64,000 nt of DNA from Raillietiella orientalis (Eukaryota), in contig JAYWIR010000007.1 of the NCBI GenBank assembly GCA_036172245.1, forward strand, positions 992,001 to 1,056,000. Direction: 5' to 3'. A program made the position numbers and the translations under genes. This document shows, piece by piece, positions 39,651 through 50,372 of the stretch. The notes beneath the pieces were generated by a model that did no database searches, was not told where the DNA came from, and saw only the letters and a list, made by a program, of their open reading frames with translations. Each line of letters starts with the position of its first letter. Within the stretch, counting starts at the first letter, position 1.

Positions 39651-41460
39651 CCCCAGTGCTGGCTAGCGAAAGTCTTCGACCGTATTCGGTGGATCCACAC
39701 GGCTTTACTCCTTCCGTCTTCCCTTCGGCGTTTGCCTCGAGTGTTGACCACCTGTGGACGCTTTGCTTGTGAGTGCGGAGTGAGCCTGCCCCCCATGCCT
39801 GCATCCACGGTGAAAATTCGTACCACGCTCTGGATCTGGACCGATCGCTGACGAGGAGCGTACTGCTCCGAGACCAGCGTTCCTACTATTCGCTTGGTCC
39901 TCAGGCAATCGACACCGATGTTCCCAAGATGTGCGCACGCGATTATCCACGGAAACAAGGAACTCGCGTGTTTCCTAACCCGCGTGCTGACCTTTTGACA
40001 GCTGCTGGGCCTTTCCTTAAGAGAAAAGTTCGGCGCTCGTGGCGCTCGTGGGCTGAGCGCGGCCCCCAACGAGCACGAGAGGTGTCCTTGGAAGATCACT
40101 GAAGAAAGCGCTTTTGGATCGGGGAATGGGGACGACGTGGAGGAGGAACTTTCGCTTTTGCGGGGGCGAAGTCTCAACGCTGACCAGAAAAAAAACTGAC
40201 CCACCGACCGACCTTCTTGGGACGAAAATCCTCCGCTTCAAGAGCACGGAGGATCATGAGGTCACTTCGCAGAGGTTTCGAACATTTTCGTGCTAGATGA
40301 GCGTGATCCAGTGGTTCAAAGATGAGCACAAAAAGGCGACGCCGGGAGTTCTTCCATCGAGGAAACGGTTCCCTGGAATCAGCTGTAGAGGCAGAAAACG
40401 ACTTTGGATGTTCCTTTTGGCGGGCGGATGTGCCTGGCAGGGCGGAGCAGAAGTTGCAGTCCCGATTCTTCTTACAGGCATTGTTCGAATGCACCCGAAG
40501 GTGCGCCACTGCTCGCAATTCGATTGCTCACGAGCTACGCTTGCCTGGGGGCAGCAGGTCTCGCACGCACTCGCAATCTCTGTTCGTCCCCTACCATTTC
40601 TCCTGCGTGGCTCCGCGCAGATTCATTCTGCTCGATCTGTCTTTTACAATGCGCCTGCGACACGAGCGGGGCCACAGGTCGCGTGAGGTCAACGAGGAGA
40701 CAAGCCCTCCGTCCGGAGGGAAAAGTTTCTTTCCAAGTACAAAAAAAAACCGCCGCAGGCCACTGGAAGCGAACCGATGCGGCTTTTCGCGGATTCTGCC
40801 CTTCTCGACGGAATGACCAGGACGCCGAGACCCTGCTCCCCGTCCTCGGGACTGAAGGAGTGAACATGCGAGCGACGAAAGGAGCAAGAGGGAGAATGGA
40901 GGGGGAGGGGGGGATTCACCTGGATGCCGAGCACTTCACCCACTTGCAAACGAGCGCGCGGATCAGATGCTCCCTAGAGAAATGTCGGATTCCCGTTGCT
41001 CGCCCAGCCGCCTTCCCGGATGAAAGCGTTCAGTAGCGCTGCTGTGGCATGCGACTGAACCTCCTCCATGTCTCGCGCTGGTACTGAAAGATGCTGCTGC
41101 GGCTCTTTCCTTTTTCTCTGTGCAGGAAAGAGGGCAGACCTGTGGACGCCCGTCAAGACTCCTGGAAACGTTGGCGTCTGCGGTTTGTGAAGAATTCGCC
41201 CTGTGAAGAAATTTGCAGCAATGCCACGTAGCTCGAAGATCCTCCCACAGGTGCTGGCGGTGCCACAGATCCCATCTCAAGGTCGGCGAGATGGATTCTC
41301 CTACCTTTCCATGAGACTGATGAGGATTCAATGGCCCAGGATCGCAAGAAGAGCATTCTCAACAGTGACATGCCCTGAAGCAAAAAGACACCGGTGGCAG
41401 GACGACATGGGAAATTCGGTACATCCACCCACGAGGGGTAACGCTCTAAACGGAGAGGAC

Positions 41461-42240
41461 CATGGAAATCCATTGGGATTCTTTTCTGTCTCCGTTGTTT
41501 TGCTTTCAGCTTTCTTTTTCTTAGGTTTGTTGAGTGCCTCAAGGACCGTCGCGCCCCTGGCGGCAGCTCACGCGGCTCTTTGACATCGTTCCACACCATC
41601 CGAGGGTGCGTGTAGTAGCTCTTCAAGATAGGGGGTACTCCAGGAGGGAGCCATCCTATGCATCCAGGAAGGGCTCCGGAGGGAAGAGTCCGTTCCTCCC
41701 ACGTTTGAGAAGGAGCCAGAAAGAAAATCTCCTTCCTTATTCTCTCCGGAGGGACCCCCAAAAGGGTCCGCTCTGTTTCCTCCTCCTCTGAAGAGAATGG
41801 CGAAGGTACGCTTCCTAATTCTCTCAGAAGGACGCTCCCAGAAGGAAGCGGCACTCTTCTCTGCACTCTGGAGAGGCATCAGCTATCCACTAACTCCGTG
41901 ATACGAGATGGAGGGCCACCTACGAAGTGGGGGGAGGGGAGACGGCTCCTTTGCACACTCGGAGGGGAATCCCTAAGAGAAACGCACTCCTTGATTCTGT
42001 TTCCTGGAGGGACCCCGGAGGGTCGATTCCCGATCCCGGCCACTCATTGGGGTCATCTGATTTCAATCGCTACCAGTGCCGCACCCGGATGCAGGCCGAC
42101 CAGCGTCATCTAGTGGGAGGAGTCCGAACCCACGACGCACCCCCCATCTCTCGGCGTCGGTTCTTTCCGAGTATTCGAACCCGCGACGCCTGGTGGTGCC
42201 ACGTGCGAAGACCGTGACCACGTGGCCTCCGACGCGAGCC
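41461..42240 (-). mobile_element. SINE-like hairpin-array element, copy C (full length)
   Basis: Minus strand begins ggctcgcgtcggAGGCCACGTGGtca (A-box-like, 42228-42218) then GGTTCGAATAC (B-box, 42181-42171). Body aligns with A/D/E; A-rich 3' end finishes ggatttccatg. Confidence 0.8.
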
Positions 42241-42464
42241 TTCGATCGAGATGCAGCGCTTCATCTTCTCAAAAGTTCCTTTTGTTCGAGTGCGGGAGTA
42301 GGATGGAAGATAAAGAAATATCTTCAACAAGCAGCTTCGCGCATTTGTGGATCAAACTTGCCAGCTGGTTGCCAGCGACAGTGCCTCACGAAGCAATGGA
42401 ATCCGCCATTTTAGGACTGCAAGATCACAGGGAGCTCCTGCATGCAAGCTGTGAAAATTTGCAG

Positions 42465-43185
42465 GTTTCCATTCGGGTGCGACACTGGCGGAAGCCGGAA
42501 ACCTGCAAATCGGATACTCCCTGTGAGTGGCCGAGATTAGAAGTGGACCCTCCGGGATCCTTCCAGGAATCAGAATCAAGGAGTCCGGTTCCCTTCGGAA
42601 GGTTCCCCTGAACTGTGAAAATGGAGTCCATCTGTCTCGTTCCATGGAGCTGGCGAATTGAAGATGCATCTCCAGCGTCAAGAAGCGCGCTGCTCCCTTC
42701 GGGGAGCGGACCCTTCACAGAGAAATCGGGAAGCGTCCATTCCGGGGCTCTCTTCAGAAGAGGAAACGAGAAGTGGCGGTTCCCTTCCCGGGGGGTCCCT
42801 CCGGAGGAGAAAATTCCAGGAGAGGATCCTTTCCGGGTTTCCTTCGAAGAAACAGCGGAGCGACTTCCTCCAAATGGTTCCTCCGGAGAGGGGAAAAAAA
42901 GGGGGGATTCCCTTCGGGAATCCCTTTCCAGGCGTGAGAGGAACGGACTCCTTTTTCCGGAGCCCTAATTGGTTTCATGGGGTGGTCATCCCTGGGATAC
43001 CCCTGAAACCAGGAGCCAAACTTAAGAGCTACTTACTACACGCATCCTCGGGTGGCGCGGCTCAGTGCTCAAGGGCTTCGTAAGCCATCAGTTGAACTGT
43101 TCTTCAGTACTTAGCGAACCAAAAAAAAAAACGCTGGAAGGAAACAGAGAAGGATCCAGAAGGATTTCCATCATCTTATAATGGC
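42465..43185 (+). mobile_element. SINE-like hairpin-array element, copy D (5'-truncated)
   Basis: ctgctcccttcggggagcgg identical to copy A; perfect hairpin ggattccc-ttc-gggaatcc ~42905-42923; 3' A-rich tail ending ggatttccatc. Confidence 0.8.
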
Positions 43186-43890
43186 TCCCTCAGGAGGAGG
43201 CGAAGTGGCCTCCAGAGTGCCGGAACAGAGGCGCCCTCCCCTCAAGTGGTAGAAGTTGGCGCTGGTGGTGGTGCATGGGGGAATCCCACGCAAAGCGCAC
43301 CTTCACCACTGGACACGAGGGATTAGCGTGGACGCTCGGTGCGACAGGTACGGGAAGAAGGAGACCATCCCGCGCCTGCTGTTGTACTGTGCTGCCCTCC
43401 GACCCCTTTGGGATCACCTCGCGACGATCCTAGGAATCTCGTCGGGCGGCCCCAGGGACATTTTTCGATTCCTGTTCACGCGTGCCGAGTCCCTAGCAGT
43501 TCTCTGCTGCGTCCGCAGAATCGCGGCAGCCTGGAGCGCGGGAAGAGGCCAGAATGGCGGGGACGCCATCCACTGGCCGCGAATCTTCATGAGGACCGCC
43601 TCGAGATGGCTCTATACGAAAAGAGCTTGCCACCATCCTGAACAGGATGCCGGACACGCCTGGCAGCGTGCCGTGATCCCTTTCTCGGTCCTCCCCCTCC
43701 CCTGTTTGGCTCGTTTACTTTTTTTTGTTTGCTTTTGTTTTCCCTTCCCCCGCGCTGCCGAAGCGGACCTCGCCGGTCTGCGTGCCGCTCCTCAACAGGT
43801 TCCTTGCACGTAATCGAACCAACGGTTCTACCACACCAATGTATTTTTATTACTCTAAGTAATAAATGTCCCTACGTACCCGGGTGATAA
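43186..43890 (+). mobile_element. 5'-truncated L1/Tx1-like non-LTR retrotransposon 3' end (zf-RVT remnant), copy 2
   Basis: ALPLKW*KLALVVVHGGIPRKAHLHHWTRGISVDARCDRYGKKETIPRLLLYCAALRPLWDHL fits the zf-RVT pattern (C..CG..ETI.HL...C....W) with decay. Colinear with 38729-39498, including terminal aataaatgtccctacgtacccgggtgataa. Confidence 0.8.
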
Positions 43891-44312
43891 TCCTTGTTAT
43901 AATTGCCAGAAACCGAGGCGATGGAATCTGCTATTTTAAAACTGCGAGATACGGAGAGCTTCCGCATGCGACCCATGAAAATTTCGATAGCAACTTTCTG
44001 AGAAGAATGTCCCTCAGTCGTGTGGAAGACCATGTTCAGAATGTCACGCCCGTTGCATGTTTGGTGTACCACGGAATACGTACCTATCAAAATATAAGTA
44101 TGATATCGAGAATATCATATACCATCACATACTTGTATTCGGTACTGCCCGCTCGAGATTCCTGTGACCAGGGAAAATCATTTTCACTGGACGCGGAAGT
44201 AGCGGCCCATGTGTATGTACACTTTCGCAGTAGGGCCAGCTGGCTCTTATTGGAACCGTTATCGGCCCACACGAGCGTTCCCAGCGCAGAGCCCATCCTC
44301 GACCCCTTAAAC

Positions 44313-44380
44313 CGGCGTTTCTCAAACCATGTTCCGAGACAACACCAGTGTTCCGCGGAAAGGCAATAAGTGTTCCACTA
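44313..44380 (+). mobile_element. Possible solitary hAT (Charlie/Buster-like) terminus
   Basis: cggcgtttctcaaaccatgttccgagacaacaccagtgttccgcgg...aagtgttcc resembles hAT ends (CAG.GTTTCTCAAAC plus repeated TGTTCCGCG subterminal motifs). No partner end was found. Confidence 0.4.
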
Positions 44381-44610
44381 AAAATTAAGAAAATCAATGT
44401 ATTTAAATGCTGAGCCGAGTTGAATCTCGGCCGCTCCTCACTTTGCGCGTCAGCTTTCCAATACGGTACCAGAAGAATTCAAAGACCCCAAAACATCGAA
44501 GTCTTTAACCCGAGTTTGACGTACGTATGCGTTTAGTAAAGGTGCCCAATGTGGTACGTTTGACGAATATACACGCAACTCTTACACACGCGGACTTATT
44601 ACTACTTAAC

Positions 44611-44790
44611 CTCGGGATTTGTAACATGAAAAACGCTATAATCTTAAACATTTCTACACTTCTGAACATTTCAACCGATACGGATTCTTTGATTGCATTG
44701 ATGTACACTTCTTTTCTTCCATTCTGTATAACAGTTGGTCGGATCGTCCAACTAGTGGGGAAGCAGCTGACGTGGCTCCTCCCAGATAAA
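44611..44790. repeat. 180-bp direct repeat, copy 1
   Basis: ctcgggatttgtaac...ctcctcccagataaa; 8 substitutions and 1 indel versus 47551-47729 by manual alignment. Confidence 0.95.
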
Positions 44791-45596
44791 CATCAAGAAA
44801 TTTACATCCGTTCCTGAAAGAGTTCCATTGGCATTCACGAAATTGCATAGTAATTAATGGTGTGTAAAGCGTCACACACTAACAGAAAGCCGACGGTCTG
44901 CGTTCCAACTGATGCTGTGACGGCCAGCGCTGAAGGAGATGCCTGCCGAACTAATCCGAACCAACCAGTTCGCTCCTCTGGGGCACAAGAAAAGAGCGAT
45001 ACGGCTGTAGGGTGCACCGGGGACTTCTTATGGGACAGAAACGAAAAGTGAATGATCACCTGTCATCTCAAGCTAATCACGTCACCTGTAGCAAACGGAG
45101 TGTGTAGCCTCTTACAAAAAACTAATGAGAGGGACGCTCCTCTTCTGTGAGTGCATCGAAAAAAAGGCAACTCTGAGGATGTTTGTTCGAAATCGTCGAT
45201 GGCAAGCTTTATGGAGGCTGGGTCGTAATGTTTCACCTCTAGGTTTGCACACATGACCCGTGGGTAGCAATCCGCAGATGTGAAAGCATTTGAAAGCAGT
45301 TTTGCCCTTGGAAAGCGGCACGAGATGGGAAGACACGTCCAGTGATTCCGATCTCAGGCAAGCGCCTGGCGTTGAAGGATGTGGGGTCAGGAACTGAAAT
45401 TCGTACTGAATGATACGGTCGAATGGAACGTTGCAGATAACATAGATGAAAAAATCTTTAAAACAAAGATGGTTCTCTGCAGTGCATCAGCGTGTGAAGC
45501 TTCATCTTCTGTTTCATTGCCTCCAGGTAAGTGGGGTAGTGCTGATAAAATTGTCTTGATGGGGGAGAAGAAGAATCAAAACATGGCAACACTGAT

Positions 45597-46386
45597 GATG
45601 GAAATCCTTCTTTTCTGTATTCACCGTTCTTCAATACGGTTCCACGCCACCCGAGGGTGGGTAATTCTTCAAGATAAACGGTACCCCGGGCGGGGTCCGC
45701 CCTATGAATCCAGGAGGGGTTCGGAGTCGGTTCCTCCCATGTCTGGGGAGGGATCCCCGGAAATTGAGATCACCTCCACCCTGGTTGTCTTCGAAGGGGA
45801 ATCCAAAAGGGAATTTTCTTCCTCGTTCTCTCCGGAGGACCCCCGGGGGAATCCGCTCCATTCCTTCATCTCTGAAGGGAATCCGGAAAGGATCCGATCC
45901 TGGAACTTCTTTTCCGGAGGGATCCCCCGCAAGGGATCCGCTCCTCTTTTTACTCCTCTAAAGAGAACCCAGAAAGGATGCTTCGGAAATTCAGAAGGAC
46001 GCAGCTCCCCCGAAGGGATCGGCTCGCTTCTCTGAACTCTCTGGAGAGGTGGTGGCGACACACCTATTCCATAACTACGATGCGGAGGGTCCCCCCGGAA
46101 TAGAGAGTCCACTCCCTCACAACCGGAGGGGGAACTCCCCACTCCTTGATCCCTGGAAGGACCCGGAGGTCGACTCCCATTTGTCCCGGCCCTCATCGGG
46201 GCCACCCGGTTTGAACCGCTACCAGTGCCGCACCCGGATGAATGCAGGCCAACCAGCGTCATCTTGTGGGGTGAACTCTGGACCCACGACGCACTGCGCC
46301 GATTCCTTTCGGAGTATTCGAACCCACGACGCTTGGTGGTGCCACGAGCGGAGACCACGGTAACCACACGGCCTCGGACGCGGGCA
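45597..46386 (-). mobile_element. SINE-like hairpin-array element, copy E (full length)
   Basis: Minus strand gcccgcgtccgAGGCCGTGTGGtta (A-box-like, 46374-46364), GGTTCGAATAC (46324-46314); body colinear with A/C/D; ends ggatttccatcatc. Confidence 0.8.
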
Positions 46387-47132
46387 AGCAAAGGAGAAGC
46401 CAAATCTCATCAAAGTTTTCAAATCGCCGAACAAACGGGATTTTAAAGAGAACTATTACGGAGGAAACACTGCATTTCGAGTGAGGGAACTCTCTTGAAA
46501 GTGCGAAGTGCGGATTAGCAGATCGAAAGGCGACGTGCACGCATTCGGAAGATTACAAAACTTTCGAGGAACTGCCATATGCAAACAACACGAAGAAATT
46601 CCCAACAAACCATTTCGGTGTATTCATTCACTGATAATTCAAAACTCCCATCCAGATAGAGTGGGAACTCGCTCGTTACAAAACCCTACGGAGAAGACTT
46701 CGGAGTGAACAGCAGCAGGGTGAGCCAACTTTGGATTCAGTAAGATGCAGGAATTTGGTGGGATGGCTGCGCGCGCAGTCTCCCCTCGGCTACTTGTTTG
46801 CTCGAAAGTTATTGCTTTATGCTCTTTATTCCCTGCCTACTGCGGCGACGACTAAAGACCTTGGATGGAAGCTGTGAGGAAACAATCCCAAGCACTCAGC
46901 CAAGTGTAAAAAAGTTGCAACCTGCTGCCAGTTAAATGAAGTTCGGCAAACCAATAAAAAAACAGGTGACAGTAATCATTCTCAGAACTATATGTCTAAA
47001 CGCCAGTTTTGCATTACTGAGCCAACGGCCCTCCCCACTGGTCCGTGCACATCCCCAAAATTATTGACTCCAAACTGTGGGCACCTTTGTATCCTCATCG
47101 GTTTTGGTAAAGCCATCTTAAGGATGTCCTTC

Positions 47133-47449
47133 TGTGTTGGTGGTCCAAAAAGCTTTCCTGAAGCTATAGACAGCGTATTTCCTAAAGCAGGAGTACCGTT
47201 GTCTATCGTGCATCAGATAAGGAATTCTCTGAAGTATACATCCAGCAAAGACGTGAAATTTTTCATGAATGCTTTGAAAAGAAAACATATCGTGCTTCAA
47301 TTAAAGAAGTTGCTGAAAATGATTTGCTTGAAGAAACATGGGGAGAAAAGCATCCTTTAGTTGTAAAATCCAAGCAAACTAATTTGGAGAATTTGCCAGG
47401 TTATTTCAAGTATTCAGGCCCAGTTAGGAAACCAACTTATACCACCAAT
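47133..47449 (+). pseudogene. Frameshifted fragment of a bacterial IS256-family transposase (Wolbachia/Rickettsiales-like)
   Basis: CVGGPKSFPEAIDSVFPKAGVPLSIVHQIRNSLKYTSSKDVKFFMNALK, frameshift near 47280, then TYRASIKEVAENDLLEETWGEKHPLVVKSKQTNLENLPGYFKYSGPVRKPTYTTN. This matches the IS256 D(G)L...FP...Q.C.VH..RN...YTTN segment, with the catalytic D and the CxxH Cys mutated. Confidence 0.88.
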
Positions 47450-47550
47450 ACGACCAGTACCAACTTATTGCTAAATCGGGTTGCAGATACAACAGTTTAA
47501 CTTCAGTATTGTTCTTCCTGTCATCAATCGAATATTTTGTGACCATCAAG

Positions 47551-47729
47551 CTCGGGATTTGTAACACGAAAAACGCTGTAACCTTAAGCATTTCTACACT
47601 TCTGAACATTTCAACTGATACGGATTCTTTGATTGCATTGATGTACACTTCTTTTCTTCCAGTCTGTATAAGAGTTGTCGGATCGTCCAACTAGTGGAGA
47701 AGCAGCTGACGTGGCTCCTCCCAGATAAA
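47551..47729. repeat. 179-bp direct repeat, copy 2
   Basis: See 44611-44790. Confidence 0.95.
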
Positions 47730-50372
47730 GCAAGCTAAATGAACTGCTACCAGCATCAACAACGGATTACTTTCGTCAGTGAGCAAACGTCAAAATCGGG
47801 GAAAAACGCAGCATCCTCACCATGATTATTATTCAGAGAGACGCAGATACTTTGACGATAGCCCACATTTACGATGGAGTTCTTAAGAGAGACAATCCCG
47901 AATGCCGGTTACCTGTCACGTGAAGAAGACTGTTCCCAAAGCACACTGGAACTCCTTCTTACGGCGAAGAAACGAAACGACTTCTTTTCTTACTGGGTAT
48001 CATTTTTACTGAGTGAAATTGGAAAGATCTCACCCAAACGATGATTTTTCGTTTCCGTCACCATGGTCACGCTTATCAGAGGAGAACCAATAACGAAGGG
48101 TGCAGCCTTTTTTAAGGTTATTATTATTCACTTCATTTCATTTCTTCCTTTCGCTTTAGTTTCGTTGACCTATGTGTATTTGAATTTGTAAACTCAATTT
48201 GCATACATCCAAAGTTTTCACATCGCAATTCTGCCCGAGTGTAGACTGCATTCTGAATATCTAAGTAAACAACAGAATTTGCACCGCCCGCATCATTCTT
48301 TTAGCAGCTGATAGACACATCGAATAGTCGTCGCGGTTTCTGTCTGATCGTACGGTACTTTCAGGGGTTCCCAAAACTTGTACTCTGTGAAGAGACTGCG
48401 CCCTGTACAGAGGATGGCAGGTCAAAATTTTTACAAGGGTGGAAAACCTTGTGCTTTTGTCAAGCGATGGATGCAGTGGCACTGCTCTAGGAGGGTGGGG
48501 AGCAGGGTTCCCATGTCGAAACGATATTGCCTGCAGTTTTAATGCTCAAGGGGGGGGGGAGGAAAAAATGAGCACAGCGAATACGCGTACAGGCATAACA
48601 TAAACATAAATGAAAATGATTAGAGGACAAGTCAATGCTCCGACTGCCTTAAATTCCTCTTTGGTTCATCATTTGAGCAATTGAAGTATTTTTGTTGTGG
48701 CAAACACTGCATTAACTTGCCAGATCATCTTCAAACTATTTCTACACGTGTACGATTGCTCAGATCGCGTGTTCTTCGGATTGTCAAACTTTTTTTCCTT
48801 TTTTGCACCAAACGCATGATCCTGGGAGGCAGGGTATTCTTTCAATTTAGTCTATAATGGACATATTTTACGATATTCTAATCACAGACTATTCTCCTTT
48901 TTTGTTCCATATAGATTCAAACCAAGTTGGGATGTGCATCGATGCTACGGAATATGCCTTCGGGAAGATGTAGCAAAATACTTGACTGAACATAGTAAAA
49001 CTCAGATTTAACTTTGCTTTGAAATGCAAAGCAACATACCCTGTTGTGCGTACCGCACATCAGTACATCTACTTTTCTCATGGAATATAAACAAATCGGA
49101 TTGGCAATACTCAGACACAATTTGGCTTTGGTTACAATTTGTCGACAGGAAACCTAGTTCAAGTACAAAGTAAGGCCTTCAACAACTGGCAAGAAAATGT
49201 TCAAGTTCTCTTGATACGTAAATTAGCATCAAGTCAATAAATTCATGGTAAAACACTTGTTTTTAAATCGAAAATTAAAGCAGGTTTTATTTTTAAAAAA
49301 CAAACGAACGCAAATAAGTTAATTGCAAGTAGCACTGCTCAGCACAAAAAATTTAAAGCTATAGTTTCTCAGAGACAGGGTTCAAACAAATGTATCTGGA
49401 CTCTGAGGAATCTTGAAAAACCAAAACGTGGAATAGTTCAACTCTGATTGACATGGCCATTTTTGATAGCCGAAAAGGAAACTGTGAGGTTCCAACCGAA
49501 GGGAAAGGGGACACATATTGTAATTTCGGCGGGTGATTTGCATTCTATCAACAGGTAAGCATTTAGTTGCACAATAATTTGCAAAATAACACAGTCGAAC
49601 AATCACACAACAGTCCCCTCTTGCGAATAAAATAAAACATATGAACAGTGAAGGGGAACAATGTTAAGTTCAGTAGTTTTCCCTATGCTGCAACTTTGCA
49701 ATTACTTCATGGAAATGTTTTCTTGAAAGGATATGTAACTTATTGTGAAGCAACGTGGATTTTACAACTTCATGCTGCAGTTTCGGATCAAGAGAAAAAG
49801 GCTCACAGCTTTACATTTACATTTCACATTCTTCACGTTGATTCACTAACTTTTCTGTATTTGCATTTAATAGTGTCTGTTTCCTATCAGCAATCAGGAA
49901 GCATACTCAAAACAATCAGACAACGATACGAAATGTCTTTCATTTTTCTACACTTCAAGTCAGGTTGTCAAAACAGAGGGGGGCCAAAAAGAATATAGAA
50001 TACAGAATAATGGATATCGTGCAAAAGCGCCACATGCAAGAACTGTTCCCAAGAATACTCCAACCGAATGCTTTCCATTATTTTATTTAATCACACTTTT
50101 CAGGGAAATGTACATTACTTTTTTAGTCCTATACTTTGAGATAGTGTTGTATCCAGAGTATATATTTTATTTAAATAAATGTTCTACATAATCATAATGA
50201 TTATTTTATCACTTCAACATGAAGAAGCAACCTTACCTTCCAAAGGTTACACAAAACAGGATTTGAAAAACATTTACTTGCAAAATAAAGTTTATTAATT
50301 ACTCAAAAATCATTTATCAACATTTGCATGAAAGTTTTGTGAATTTGTAACTAAACATCAAAACTTTTCCAC

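Noticed and set aside
39655..39720. LAKVFDRIRW resembling the RT motif KAFDRV.W
   Set aside because: No upstream catalytic Asp and no downstream QG..LSP or YADD motifs
46225..46330. VILWGELWTHD resembling the APE endonuclease GDFN motif
   Set aside because: The frame is not preserved among copies and the segment is antisense to the tRNA-like head
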